Made by a program: the position numbers and the translations under genes
Notes under the pieces: model-generated
What the model was told of the DNA's origin: nothing
The model's input: the letters and a program-made list of their open reading frames with translations, nothing else
The model's database searches: none
NCBI GenBank assembly: GCA_051294905.1
Contig: CM119384.1
Coordinates: 4,836,001-4,900,000 of the forward strand
Origin: Botryllus schlosseri
Taxonomy: Eukaryota
DNA length: 64,000 bases
Direction of reading: 5' to 3'
Shown: positions 10,251-25,700 of the stretch, one piece after another
Numbering within the stretch: position 1 is the stretch's first letter
Layout of the letters: every line of letters begins with the position of its first letter

Positions 10251-10736
10251 GGCACTACAGGGTTGGTGTGATTGTGTGATATTCGAAATCAGCAACCTGA
10301 AGAACCCCAGAAACGCCTCCGAGATGTTCTGCCTAAAATTAATTTTTTTAATTTTGTTGACCAGTGCAATTTATCCTTAAACTCCACAAGATTGCAATAC
10401 TATGAAAAAATTGGAAGGTATCACCGTATCAGAACGACTCAGAGTAATCTCTGTTATCAGAGACTAAAAGTTACATAAATAATAATGAGGACAGCCAATA
10501 TGTACAAATGCAGAACCAGGCTGCATATGGCGACGGGGTCAAGGAGATTATCAAGTTTGCTACAGCCTGAATGCAGAATTGCTGTATCATGCCCTAACAT
10601 GAAATTTCATCATAGAAACTCGGAACAAAACAACAGGCCTATCTTACTCTCTCCAACAGATACAGTAAATATAAATAATTCTGCTTCTGGAAAGTTGTGA
10701 CCATCAAGTAATTTAGCGGTTCCACTCTTGGAAAGT

Positions 10737-13700
10737 ATGCCGCCGAAGCGTAAACTGCCTCGGGAAGCTTCGAGCACTCAAGACTCGCCATACAGCAAAC
10801 GCTCTCGCCGTGCAAAGCCAAATCAGGTCATATAATAATGAAGCTTATGCAAGTATTGGCTACAGACGATGGATAATTTTTTACATATGAAATTATGGTT
10901 TTAGACGGAGCTGGCTGAACGTATTCTGGATACTATCAAGTCCCACCAAAAAGACGACGGTACATTATTGGCAAGCACTTTTACAAAAGTGCCGTCCAAA
11001 AGGTGTAGTAGCCTACTAAAATTCATTATTTTCAGCTTTCTGTTGCAGTCGGGTTCTCATGCATAATCATGGCTTAATTAGCATGTGTACAATGGGATGA
11101 TTTTGCAAGTTGGCATCGATTAAAAATCAATGCAAACATTTTCAAATATCCACGTCCAGTGTGGATGTGGATATGTTTTCACAGAATCACTGAGCAATAG
11201 AAAGAGCAGTGTACTGCCCTGTGCTATAACTGTAGACCTTTTGCAAAATCCTCATGCAACTTGTGCATGATGTGTGCTATCTGTGAGAGTAATTTCTGTT
11301 ACTGCTTTAATAAGCGTATTGCATCTGTGGTCTGTGTTCACATTACCGATACTATGCCGTATTTGACCCATACTCTGTCTAATAGCAATTATTTCTCAGA
11401 CCGGTAATGAGGTTTTTCATTGCAGACATAATCCAGAATACCATGAAGCTGTCCGTGAGCCTATCGACTTGACTCGCATAGCACAAAGGATGAGGATGGA
11501 CGAATACAGGGATATTGAATCTCTAACAGGAGATATTGACCTGCTAGTGAATAACACAAAGAAATTTTATGATGTAAAAAGTCCATTCTTTTTTGACTGA
11601 TAAAATATATAATTAGTTCATTAAATTATGCTCCATCTGTGACCACATAAGAATATTTTACTAATATTGAATTTTTCAACTTTGCGTCAATTCACTGTGT
11701 GGGCCGATAAATCTCAATCTGATAAATATACAGGCCTTTTCTGTTATTGTGACTATGATACCTATATATAATGCTGTTCTACTTGCTTCCACTCTTCTTT
11801 AATTCGTAAATCTGTAGCTATCACGTCATGGCTTTGTTTCTTCAGGAGGACTCCGATGAATTCAAGGATGCCATTACACTATGGGAATTATACATTGACA
11901 CTAAAGCCGCCATTTTTTCAAACGATACGTCCGAGGAAACCGCAGTTCCAAAACAGCAAGAGGTGGACCTGTGTTTCTTGAATATATTAAGCTAGTGTGT
12001 CGAATGTGTATCTATTTTATCAGACTATTTATTAAGCACTGAACAGGCTACTATCATACCTGTTCCCCTGCCTGGTCATCTAGCTATGTTAATCGATTTT
12101 ACTATGAATTACAATTTATTAGAACCTTATTTTACGATATAAATCCCACTTTCTAGATATTCTCTTCATCATTTGCATTGCTGAGACTTCCATTTTTGTC
12201 ACTGTCTTGTCCTGAAAATTTTCTGTAATCAAATTCGACTTGCAAATTTGATAAAATTATACTGATTGTCGGTTTCTCTGTGTTTGGCTGTATGAGGATG
12301 GATGCATCTCATCTTCAGATGGATGATGTACTCGGCAAATTGGATGATATCTATAATTCCTTGTTGGCTGAGGTTGATGAAGAGGGTCAAGGATTAACCG
12401 ACATGTTTATGGTCTCACCAGATGCACAGGTATGTAATACATTTGTGGAAGACTTACTAGTCTTTACGTCTGCAATAGAAATTTACCTGCCATAAGAAAT
12501 TTTGTCATGGTGCAGTAATCTGAAATTTTGGCTGCTGATAGTGCATTGCGGAAGGAATTACGTGGAGATCTCTAGTGTTAAAAATGTGGTACTTATACTG
12601 GAATAAATGCTTCATATTTGGTTCTGTTGCATATCAAGGATTCCGGGAAAGGCTTTATATTGCAAATTCTGCAACGTGTTAACGGATTCACTGCTACCAT
12701 GTGTATGTTTTGTAAATAGGAATACCCGGATTACTACCAAAAAATCAAGGAACCCATCGATCTTACGATCATCGGGGAAAAGATTGCGAAGAAAGTGTAC
12801 AAAGCAATCTCGGAATTCGAAAAGGACATGAAACAACTGATCAAGAACGCGAAAATCTACAATGAACCAAATTCAAAGGTTCTGAAGATTTTGACATCAA
12901 TTCTGCTTGTTGTTCTGACACTCTCAAAATATTCTAGTTCGGGTGCATAATTGTCGATGATTTTCAGATATACAACAATGCAAACGCGCTGAAAGCTATT
13001 GTGCAAGAAAGGTTGCAAACTGAGCCTGAAAGGGTTGAGAAAACAGAGCCAAGCGTGAAGACCAGCGCAAGACTCAAGTAATGTTTTGTTCGAATGTTGT
13101 TGCTATGGTGTATTTTGGATATCAAATTTGAAATGCTAGTTTATCGTTTAGTCAATCATGTCCGCTTACAAATTTTCCATGAAACACACCATTTAATCAT
13201 TCGCTGTTGGTCATGCGATTGAATAATAAACAGAGGCTGCTTTAATGCGCAAGCGGCGAAACCCCTCGTGAGCTCGTTTCATTTCTTTTTTATTCAGGCA
13301 ACGAATCAGTACGAAGTTTGACGGGGATAGCGGTCTACGAAGACAAGATGCCATCGATTTATCGGTACGTTCACCACTTGGTATAGAATACGACAAATTC
13401 AGAACATAGAACGCATTTGAACAATATCAAAATTGAGAAAACTTAGTGTTTAGTGGTTATAGAAATGCAAAAAGCGGTGCATTTGAATTTTTGGTTCAAG
13501 CAGTGAAGCAATTATCACATTCACTTTGAAGTTAAAATTTCGGCAACAGTAATATGATCCTTCCCTGTATATTTTTTCGTCTGAATGGAGAAAAAATGTT
13601 AAATCTTGTAGTTACTTCTACATAGAATATATATCTATTCCGATTTCTGGATAAAGAAGTCATATCGGTGAATCATTACAGTATGCATGTGACAGATGTA

Positions 13701-16700
13701 TTATTCCAATGAGTCGAGCACTTAAAATTTGCTTTTTCTGCTGCGGTGTGTTGCCCACTCCTCGCTGCGATATGTAACCTACCTCGAGTTGTGAATTAAT
13801 TTCACTCAATCCATCTAGGAGTCCGCCGTGAGAAGCAGCCGGGGCACCGTGCTAGTTCAAGCATCTATAACAGAGACGAATCTTCAGGACAGTGCCGAAC
13901 TTCAGGTAAACATTTAAAATTTATTTCCCATTGCTTCATTCTTTGATCTCGTCTTTCTGTCTCAGGCCAAACTTTACAACGAAATTGTCAACTACAGAAA
14001 CGCGCTCGGACATTCCATTTCCGATGCGTTTGTCCGTCTGCCCAACAAGCATCAACACCCGTCTTACTACGAAGAGATAGCCAACCCGCTCTCTTTCAGG
14101 ACGATAAGAAGAAATATCTTGACTAAGAAATATGAAGTAATCGATATTCTTCGATGTTAAAATTCTGTGTTTATTAACATACAAAGTGCAGGTTGAAGTG
14201 GAGAGAGAAAGAGACTCGCTTTATCGTCAAACCCAATTGTGTAATAATCGAACAGCAACGATATTGATGCAAAAATTCGAAAACAGTAATCAGCATCAGA
14301 TAGGTGATGAATGATCAATAAGACCTTTTAAAGTTTTAATGTCAACTAATCGGGGGCTTCCAAAACTAGAGAATAAGTATCCTACCAAACACTATAAGAT
14401 GAAACTGTTGAGTGATCATGATTAATTTCAAGAATTTACCTATATGTAAATTTGTGGAGAATGATTATTTTAATTTCAACGTCCTTAATATTGTTATATT
14501 CCCGGTAATCTTTTGATTTGTAAACTGGTTCTGCGCAGTTAATCTTGAGTTCCAATTCATTACTGCACAATGGCGTTGTTATGATTTAGTTTGATAGAAT
14601 ATATAATATGGAATGGGGATATACCGCGTTGCGCGTATAGTGATTTGACAGGCGTATATTTGATTGACTCGCGTTATGGATGGCAGCATTCACACTTGAT
14701 GCAATTTTAATCTATCCATCACAAATGTCTATAGTAGCAGTGCTTTTAATGGGATTTTACACTGGTACATTCTATTCTCCGTTTTAGGACTTGGATGCTT
14801 TGGAGGAGGACCTGGTTCTGTTGTTTGACAACGCAAAGCATTACAACAAGGACACGTCGCAGATTTACAAGAACGCTTCCACTCTGTTCAAGCTGATGAA
14901 GGAAAGGCTGTCGCACTACAAGAAATTGGAGGTGTGTCACGTCTGTACGAGGGTTGTTAATAAAGCCGGACTGACAGATATCGTAATTTTTAGTCGATAC
15001 AGATAGCGCCGATAAAGCATACATTTGCCAATATCAAAATGTCACATTTTCAGCTGAAACTTCTAAAAAGTGACAATAATTGAAATAATCTCACCCAAAC
15101 TTCACATCAGTAAGAAACAAGCACTTTCAGTCCAGCAGGCGTATTTTGTAGCTCAGGAAACGCAGCATAAATATTTGTACCGTGCCCATAAATCAATCAC
15201 ACAGTAGCAACTCCTGGAACATTTTCAGGATCAATAGATATTAGCTAAATTTGGCCGATACTGATATATCTACTGAAGCATATATCGAACCGGCTCCAAG
15301 TTATAAAATCACCTTATTTGGGTCATATTTGACCATTATCTTCAATTTCTGCAACATGATATTTCTCAAGTCTTGTGATTTCCTCAAGCACGGTTATTTA
15401 TTTTTTCATTTCTTTGCAATATAGGAAGATCTTGAGATCTCCGACGAGGAAATGGTGAGCGATGACGCAAATGCAGAAGATGACGAGGACGAAAGCGATT
15501 CCGAAGCGAAAAAGAAATCCGCAGTAAGAGACGTCTTGATGACGGGTTTCGATGAATTGCGAGTAAACCGAATTTGCAGACTCCGAGGACCTCTGCGATT
15601 AAAGAAAAGCCGCAAGACGCATTCAGAAAAGTGCTCCAATCCGTCTATGATGCAATAGTCAACGGAAAATATGAAGGTACGCCCGATTTTCGCAATGAAG
15701 AGATTTAGCTATCACTAAATTGGCGGGATATTTTTAATGTTGGAATTAGTTGACAATAGAAATATTAGATAGTCTTACTGTACTATTGGAGCTGATGAAA
15801 TTTAGCCTTTGCTTCCCCAGTAGTATGATTTCGATATGTTGAATTACCGTAGCATGGCCTAATTATTGCATAAAACTTGTCAGTCTAGTTCACAATCTAC
15901 TCTATGCCAATGTTGTGGTTGGTGATGGGGATACATTAGGAAAATATTATGATTTGATGATGATGTAACTGAGTGAACTAAAACTGCTCTTGCCTTTGCT
16001 CGCCAGTAGTAATTTTTCTCTTTTACTTCTGTAGGTTCTGATGGTAAGAAGTCGAGTATTGGTCTGTGCGGTGTAATTGGTGATATTTTGTGCTTAGCGG
16101 ACGTTCGCATGCGTAGAGATGTAGTTTGAGAAATTCTGTAGCAATGCAGTTACCGTTAATTGAATGGCGAAGCGGCTGCTTTTTACCACATTGTCCTGCG
16201 TGATTTGGTATCCAAGTGACAGACGAATGTGAAATTGCGTAGAAAAAAGCATGTATGAAAGTTGATAATTGGATTTGAACTCTATCTTCGTCAGCGATTT
16301 CGTGTTGCGATGTTTGATTTCTTGTCTGGGATAGCAAGCTTTCACTTAAGATTTAATGCATGAGTTGTAGACGAATATTTTACCGAGCGGTAATGTCAGA
16401 ATTAATTATTGTGTAAAGTTGTAATTGATAAGTATTTATGATTCCCAACAAATAAATGTCATTGATTACTACTAATTGTACATTACTGTGACTTGAACGT
16501 CCGTTTGAAAATTTCTCATACACTTGCAGGTCGAATATTTCTGGGTTTAAAACACCGAAATAGTGTTATTTCTTATCCATCCCTATGACCATCACCAATG
16601 CTCCTTGTGAACATGTCAAAATTTATGCGCAATCAACTCTGTTTTCCACAAAGCTCGGTATATGCACATCGGTTTTTGGGTCAGGGTATTGTAGGATAAT

Positions 16701-19700
16701 TTATAACTTTTACCCACAACTTTTCTAGCTTAGATATCTATTTCTGGGCAAGGTAGTACACTTACGATCTCCACCGATATTGCCGGCCACCAATTATCAA
16801 GTTTCGTGGTGGTCATAGTTGATGATCACATGAAACATCATACATTTGGACATGTTCATAGGAACATTGGTTGCTGATGGTCATTGGGAACTCTTCTCAA
16901 TGTGGATAAGAAAGTACACTAGTCACAGAAAAAGCCAGTAAAGTGTATTCCTTATAATGTTTGTGTCTCAATCAATAACAATTAAGAAATACTATCCTTC
17001 TTTGGCTTGATTTGCGATTTCGCGCTTCAGGTCGGGACATGATTAGCCTGTTCATGGAGAAGCCTTCTCGCAAGGACTACCCAGACTATTACAAGCTCAT
17101 CCTGGAACCGATCGACATGAAGACTATCGGCAAGAAGATCAGGCAGGACAAATACCCGACCGTCACGGCACTCGTGGAGGATTTCAATCTCATGTTCACG
17201 AACGCGAGGCATTACAACGAACCTGGTTCTGAGGTTGGTCAAATGCCAACACAGTAGGGCTGTTAGGTTACCTAAAACAACGATGCTCACAAAATTTTGC
17301 TCAATCCCAACTAGTAGAAGCAAAGTTAATACTATTTGAAATTTCAACCATTTTATATAATCATTGCCTTGTATTTACAGTGGCAAATTTCATCACCTAG
17401 CCGTGACCATTTTGCAGGCATGTCTGAAGAGAAAATGATGCTTTTTCGCCCGTTTTATCTCGAGACGGGCCTGTTATAACGTTAGTGTAAAGACATTGAG
17501 ATGGATCATAGCTTAGTTAAGACTATGGTGATATGATTCACAAACGTTTTTTAGTTTCAACACTGAATTCGGCAATAACGATATAGGTAAAATGCAGGAA
17601 AATATGTTATCCAGTGATCGCTCATATCTGGAAGTATCTTTTATTGCTCCTATGTGGATTTCACGAGATCAGAAGTAAGCTTGTGGCTGTTTCTTCGCGA
17701 TACAACCTTACAGTTTCTGCACCTAGCTTGTAAAATTTTGAAACATTTCTTCTTTTTGAACAGCCCTACTACACAGAATATATTCCATATGATCTTGAGC
17801 CGTTCCGCCTTGAGGCGTATATTAGGCTAGCATTGCTGCTTTTTGTTAAGTTCCGTCCTTTCTGACTCAGGTGTACGAGGACGCCCAACGTTTGCAGCAG
17901 ATACTGAAAAAGAAATTGGAAGAAGTGAAGCCTCTCGCTGCCCAGGAAGCCGTGCACGTCGTCAAATCGGAAAGCGCCCAACAGAAATCGGTGCGTTAGC
18001 CTACTCTGAAAATCTCTTCTACGCTGAATTCCATATTTTCGTGCCAGGCGGCAGGCCGTAAAGTACCACTGTGTGTGCGGCTAGTGAAATATATCTTACC
18101 AATTTAGCTTACAGTCGGGTACTTTCGAGGAGAGCTCCAGTGGGCCAAAAGAAGAGACAGAAACCACTATATTTGTGCATCAATATTTTTGACATAATTA
18201 ACTCTCGAACCTGAAAAGTTTGATTGTGCGATTTACGTCCACGCACCAATAAAAATTGTATCACCATCGACGGTACTACCGGGGTCGCAACCAAGTCGCA
18301 AGGCTCCGAGTCACAAGTCAATCTCACTTTTGTAGTTTTGACTCGAGTCAAGTCGAGTCATTTTCAATTCATCACCGAGTCAAGTCCGAGTCCAAGTCAT
18401 TGTGTGGACTTCTCAGTTTCCAGTTGAAGTCTTGTTAAACCCACTTTTTATAACTCTGTCTGGTGATATTGAATGGTTGGCATATGTAATATACTAATTT
18501 TCCTCACTTTTAGCAGTTTCTAGTCGCATTTTCAAGTACTAGTACCAATAGACGAAATCCCGATAGTGTGGATACGTTAAAACTCTAAGAAATGTCAATG
18601 AAATGTCGGTCTTGGCAGTCTGAGTCTCGAGTCATGCGCAATGACTCGAATCCAAGTTGAGTCAATACACAGATTGACTACGGTCGAGTTGAGTCATTTC
18701 CGTATTCTGAGAAAATGACTCGAGTCGAGTCATTTCCGTATTTTGAGAAAATGACTTCGAGTCATCAGAAAATCGTGACTTGAGTCGAGTCATGACTCGA
18801 GTCCTAACAACCCTGGTTACTACTTCTAAATACAATGATTGGCCTTGCAAGTTGCAGCTACTAGAAAGCCTATGTGAGGACCGTGACTTCAACTCGTTAA
18901 TTATATCTTGTCCGTTTGTTAAAAAGTTTAGTAACTCTCACTCGTCTCTGTATAATGGGGATTTTGTCTGCCTCTAGTGGTAACCAAGTGTGAAAAATCA
19001 AAATTTAGAACCCGTTTGCCAAAGCCATGGAGCTCGTGTACAACACGGTCCGCGATTATCGCGACGTCACCGGGCGCGAGATATGCGAGATCTTCAACAG
19101 GCTGCCGAGCAAGCAGGAACTCCCGGACTATTACCAAGTGATCAAAAGGCCGATGGAAAACGATAGGATTTTTCAAAAAATGCAGGTAAACGGACACGAG
19201 TGGTGCGGTATTGAATCTGAAAAGTGTCGATGTTGGTGTCAGCAGTGGGTCGACGCCTTCTAATTTTGATGCAATTTTTCAAGTATTAAGTTACCTGTAA
19301 CCAGAGACAGTCTACCTACGCTACGCACTAGAGTGTTCATGCTTTGGACTACTTTCACTTCTACTTGAACAGCTTGTAGGCAAAATTACGTCCTTTTTAC
19401 ACCTACATTTTTGCGTTTTGAAATAGCCCACTATCACAGTAACTGAATATGTCTTTTCGAAGATTGTACCTATTTGTAGTGTCATTATTAGTCATTTTGC
19501 GTTGGATAGTAATGCCGCCAGCCAACAGTGCACTTCCTAAACTTGACATTCCTCGATGTGTCTACGATTCAGTCTGTTAACATATTAGGATTTATAACTT
19601 GTCCCACTCGAAATTTTGTAAATTTTATATTTTCAGTCGAACAGCTACGCGACAATGCCCGAATTCATGTCCGACATGTTGCTCATGTTCGACAACGCTT

Positions 19701-22700
19701 GCAGCTACAACGAGCCCGGCTCTCTCATCTACAAGGACGCGCTCATCTTACAGGTAGGCCTACATCCCTATGATCGAACGAACTTTCTTATCTACAGTGC
19801 TCCCAGTGATCATCATCAACCAGTGTTTCCGATGAGTAGGCTGCATCAAAATTTATGGTGTTTCACATTATTACCAGTTGTGTTTCCACGTAACTTGACA
19901 ATCGTGGCAGGGTGATGTTATTGAGGATCGCAAAAAATCGCTAGTTTTTCCACGAGAACTAATTTTCCAGAAAGTGGCCGTGGACACATGCGATTCGGCT
20001 TTGGGCCCCGCCAAAGTACCCGACGTGCAGGCGCAGGTTCAGGAAATCCTGACCAATCTATTCGTTTCCGTCATCAACTATCAAGACGAAGACGGAAGGT
20101 GAGTTTGATGTGGACTCGTGTATGATACAACTGAATTTGTACCTGCAAATTGTGCTTGTGTATGAATATCCTATACCGGTGTTTGGAAATTGTTTAATTA
20201 TTTAGAATCCCCCCGCGGGACTTCAATCTCCAGGTCTATTTACCATTGTAGTCAACTTTCATTAAAAAACTCCAACATAGCAGGACAACACACGGAGTTC
20301 ATGCCTGTGACGTCACATTTGGTGATACGACTGTTGATAACTTGATATAGTTGGTATAGTACTTGATAAGTTCTTTTCAATTCTCTACTAGTTGCTCACG
20401 ATGACCTCTGGCGAGTGTCAGCCAAAAATATTCTGGTACATCTCAATACGAATATATTGTTCAATTGCACATTGAAGTTATGTAACTCCAATCCTATTTT
20501 GTTTATGAATACGGTCCCTGTATGCTATTTCCGTTGTCGTGTGGTAAAACCAAGTTTTACTTCAGATGCTACAGTGACTCGCTAACTCTGGGGGCGCCAT
20601 TGAAAGAAGGTGAGTTTGATAATCTCTTGATATTACATTCAGAGAAGGAGCACTGATAGCATAACTTACCCTTTAAGCATGCCTGGAACACTATGGCGAA
20701 TGGCAGAATTTTGCCACCGTAAAGACTATTGTTTTATCAAATGGTTGAATTTTAAATTAGTAATTTCTTCGCTTCTACCGTTTTTTAAGCAGTTTCGCCG
20801 GGTATCTATTGAAATTGGGAATCAAAACTTATTTTTTAAACAGCCTTGACTCAGGTACATTTGTAAGGTGTGAGATTTTGTATTCACATCGAGCAGGGAT
20901 TACTCATTATTACCAATTCCTATTTGGCTAAATTACTCGGTGAAACCTTTAATTGTTTTTCTGTAACAAATTTGTCTAAAATATAGGAAATGAACAGTCG
21001 GGGGCTATGAAAACAAACGAAGGCACCGCCACCGGTTCAAAGGTAAGCGTATTTCCGGCGTTATAATTTCTCAAGCAACTGAATGGATTTTATGAAGTAG
21101 AAAGTGGTTTAGGGATATGTATATAACACTATTACGAGTATAATTGTCATAAAAATGGCCGGCAATAGCCCCGGTATCATGGTAACTGAAGATATTTTTG
21201 AAAATTGCACCTATTTGTGTAATTATTTGTCTTTAGGCGCGAAGATGCAGCCAGCTCCAATCCACTACTTAATGTATGCGGACTATTGAACTATCTAGTT
21301 TTTAATACTAGTCGCCTGAGTAGTTTTTAGTCCTGAGCTTTTCTGGCACTATATACCAAGTATCAGGACTGATAGACAAGATACAGATAATGTGGTGACT
21401 TAACTATTCTTCAAAGTTACAATGAAAAGTCTATCTTAGCCGTCTTAGTCTCAGGTCATATGACTTGGTTCGAGTCATACACAATAAGTCGAGTCATTTT
21501 AGGCATTTGAAAAAATGATTCGAGTCACCAAATAATCGTAACTCGAGTCGTAATCGAGTCATTACAACCTTGGCTATCTTCTACTTAGTATCAATGCCGA
21601 CTACTTTGATTGTAATTCAGCCCGACCCCGAGAATATCACGATTGACACGGTGCGTAGAAACCTCCACGCCAGAAGATACAGGAGGCTTGACGTCTTCCA
21701 GGAACATATGTTCCTAGTGTTCGAGTCTGCCAGGAAGAGCAGTCGAACTGACTGTGAGGTAACGGAATTTGAAAGTTTTAGTTCAACGAGTTTGAGATGT
21801 TATCCGGGGAGGCATGGTGAATCCGTCTTCCCTGAGCTGTTTAACCCTTTGTAACCGGCCGGCCTACTGACCAAAATTTTACTGCATCCACATAGAAAAC
21901 GATAAAATGTCATCCATATGGCTCAAATCGACGCCCAATATATTGCCGTCAACCTGAAGTAGCCGCCTAGCGGTCTGAGATACTCTCACGGCTCAGACGC
22001 CAGAGGGAATAGCGTTATGCGAGAAAATGTTCGCGATTTCTTGAAAATAAATTACAATTTTGTTCTTCTATATCTCCTGACGTCATACCTAGGCCCTCTC
22101 TTAGTATATGACCACCTGATTGCCTTCCGCATGAATCTCTACGTTCCAACGAGACATTACATGCTACCATAGCGCTTCATAGCCCCGCGCTACGATCTTG
22201 GAAAGGTAGTGATGATGAGCACAATCACGCGGCCGCCGCCGATGAGTAATCGATTACGTAATCTCGTATTCTCGTTGAAGGCAACGCGCGTCCAGTTGTG
22301 CAGAACATAGGAACTGCCTTGGCAATGTTGCCGTTAGTATAGGCCTACATCTCCATGCTATTGAAGTGTTATCAACCCCAGTTGCTTGTTATATGTAACT
22401 TGCAGCTGCAAGGAATCCGTAAGTATACACATATTGCCTTATTAGACACTGCCCAGTGCCCATATACGCTCGGGAAGTCATTTCACGTGATACATTGCTT
22501 TATTTCGCTTTCGCTTTATTTCAATTTGAACTGTATTCTACACGGCTAATGCTCCATGTATGATCAACAGTAGTCATACAAGCCAACAGTAACTTTGTGT
22601 GCCATCTAAAACAGATATATAACTGCCTCTATATGATGTTGTTATCGCAGGCTCGGGTACAAAAATAGCCTAACTCGCACGCTTATTTGTGCGGTGTTAG

Positions 22701-25700
22701 GGCTGGTGTCGGCTTTCTTATACAAAACTAAGCTCCATGATATGGATATTGATGGATATGCCAGGATAATGGCTAATTATATGTATAATTTGCTATTGCC
22801 TGAAGCAATTGTACATCTGTTTGAAACCGCAACGAGTCAGGTCATCTTACGCAGCCATGATTTCCACGTAATAAGGTATGCTTCTTTCACGTCAATTTGA
22901 AACATCTTCTACGTGCTAATCTTTGATATAAGGACTTTCATAGAATAGTATGACCAACAACAAGTCATAGAAGATAACTGTAATCGGTTATATGAAGTCT
23001 AGAACGGAAGATACAATGGTTTATATTTCAGGCGGTCACTCACGCGAACATCATTACAAATTCAATTTTGCGGGAAACCTTTTTGCGTGTTCAATCTGCA
23101 TTCAAAGCAGGATATACATTGCAACATTAGGTTATACATGGTCTGATATATGCGTATTTATAAGAGCTATACATACCAACCGATTGCAATCGTTTATGAC
23201 CAATACAGGTCTAGCTATCTTGGATTAAATATAGACTCCTCTGCGTTAAACAGTCGCGGTCTAGTATACTAGACCGCCGGTCGCAAAGGGTTAATAGGGC
23301 TGTTCAAAATTGACTTTTTTTCTCAAATTGTACTGGCTACTTGATAAAATTGTTAGGTTACCTAATTCAAGCCTATACACCAAATTTGGTTCAATTCCAG
23401 CCAGTAGCCGCATTGCGACAGGAGAAGAAAGTTTCTGTTTATTATATAAAAATAAATTATCAAAAATTTAAAAATTTTCTATTTACCCTATCAAAGTGTT
23501 AGGTTGTCTATAGAAACGATGTTCTCCAAATTTGGCTCCATTTCAACCAGTGGAAGCGGAGTTATTGCACTCGAAAAATTCGGATTTCAAAAAATAGTAT
23601 TTACGGTGGGCACACCTATAATAAATAATTAAAGAATTGGTCGCCGTAAATACTATTTTATTGATAATCAAAATTTTTCGACGGTAATAACTCTGCATCC
23701 ACTGTTTACTTTTGTGAGCCTTTTTAGCGTGTTTTCTTAAAAATGGAATTATCGTCATATGCAGTTTGACACTCGTGATGTAAAGTCTTAGAAGTAGTTG
23801 AGAAATAGCTGGTTTCAATACTTTTGTGCAATCTGTGCTCTGACGCGGGCTGTGCTCTTGCCACGACAATAAAAGAACACCAAAGTCCAGTTCAAATTCA
23901 AATAGTGCACTATCTACTAGGGCTAGGCGAAATTAAGTACAAGAGTGATTTGAGATGAACTCGAGTATTAAGCAGCGCCTAGTCTGACACTGTCATAATT
24001 AAAATGACTCGAATACATCGAATGTATGTCTTTTTAGCTTCCACAAGGAATATGATGCCAGTTAGCCTTTATGTAATACAAAATAATTTCATACTTATCG
24101 AACAAAACCATTTCGTAGCACTTTGTGGTCATGTTTTGCGATTTGGAGGCTCCAACGGTGATAAAAAGTATTGAAACTATATTTGTCGCTGATAAAATGG
24201 CGTGTATTTTCGTTACTTAGGTCAAAGCGTTATTATTCTGTCAGGTTTACGAAGACGCGGTGGAGCTGCACCGTTTTTTCATCCGAATCCGTGACGAGCT
24301 GTGCAGGAACGGAGAGATCTTGATGAGCCCGGCGCTCAGCTACACGGCCAGGCATCTTCAAGCGGAGCTAGACGCCGAGAAGCAGGTGAGACGGCTTTGT
24401 CGTACGACGTAACGAAAACGCACCCGCGACGTCATCTTTGCGATTTAAGGAGAAACTCCCGGGAGAGACGCTGGAGGACGAAGCCGGAAAGGAAGAAGGG
24501 AAGGAGATGAGAGAGAAAGTGGAGATGTCTGCGGCCGAGACGGGAATGGATGTCGAGGTGACGTAGAATTACGACTGAGTACTTGTACTCTTTTAAAATA
24601 CGTAAGTGGGATTCGCCCGCTTGAGTGGTTATGCTTTTCGATTAATTCCACTTCTACTGCATTTTACACTGTATTACGCATAGGTGGTCAAAGTGGGAAC
24701 CATTGATACTCGATTAGAAGTAGAAGTAAAGCCACACATGTCTGCTCGATGGCAAGTAGAAGTAGTAATTTCTAATACAAGTCAAGACAGATTCAAGAGA
24801 AAATAGAGCATGTTGATATCGACAGCACCCTGGTACGGAGTTTAAAAACTTTGGTCAACGAGTGTTATACTTTTAGTGGTTTGTCGTAGATGGCTACAGC
24901 GGCTAACGCAAAATGACTGGACGATTTTTTTTTAAAACAGAAGATTTTCACTTAAAAATCAATAATTTGACATTTTTTTACCTTAAAAACTAAAATTTGG
25001 CAAAATTTTAACTACGTACGCGAATTAGGTATTTTCGCACATAATGTTAGAATTGTACTACTTAGGCTATCTTCAATTCTGGTTGGAGCTGTCTGTCCTT
25101 AAGAAGTAGTTTGTCCCGAAAAAAACTTCTTTTGACTTGACAACTGACAATTTTTGCATGAAAAAACTTAATCTTAATGAAATCTGACAATTCGAAGAAT
25201 TCCAGTAGTTAGATCACGCATTATGGTAGAAATAATTACAATTTGTGGTAGTACAACGAAAGATACTTTCCTACATTTCCTAGACTTGTCAACAATTTAG
25301 ACAATTTTTTGACCTAGCGCTACAATTTCAATGTCCACAAAAAATCGATCTAAAAATGACCAATAATGCCGCAAATCGGTGCTATTTTCGAAAATATAAT
25401 CACTGAATATTACCGGTATTCAGTTTCTGCCATACCGGGCTCTTTCATCCAGTTTTCATGTGGATTTCACCTGTAAAAGTTATGCAATCATATCTCAAAA
25501 CTCCGCTTCTTTACTGACCAGTGACCCCCTTTGATGGACACAGTGTTATTTTCATATTCCAGGGGGTCACGTATCAACCCGGCGATTTCGTGTACGTCCA
25601 AGACACGGCAGAAGCAGGTGCCGGCAAGCCTCCGCACATTGCGTGTATCGAGAAGCTGTACCAGGGCGAGTCAGGCGAGCAAATGATGTACGGCGTGTGG

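Larger units (their letters stand above)
10905..21758 (+). other. PBRM1: PBRM1 bromodomains 1-6
   Basis: Six repeats including EPIDL..NNTKKFYD, YPDYYQKIKEPIDL..NAKIYNEP, PSYYEEIANP..NAKHYNKD, YPDYYKLILEPIDM..NARHYNEP, LPDYYQVIKRPM..NACSYNEP, and BD6 ending FESARKSSRTD. Confidence 0.9.

Noticed and set aside
21237-21276. Extra PBRM1 exon (tttag|gcgcgaag..ttaat|gtatgc)
   Set aside because: The neighbouring exons require phase 0 to 0, and in that frame it contains TAA.
24782-24832. Possible in-frame PBRM1 cassette exon (SRQ)IQEKIEHVDIDSTL
   Set aside because: Weak acceptor without a pyrimidine tract, adjacent to MITE sequence, and not needed because ..GMDVE|GVTYQPGD already forms a normal BAH start. 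RNA-seq could revive it.
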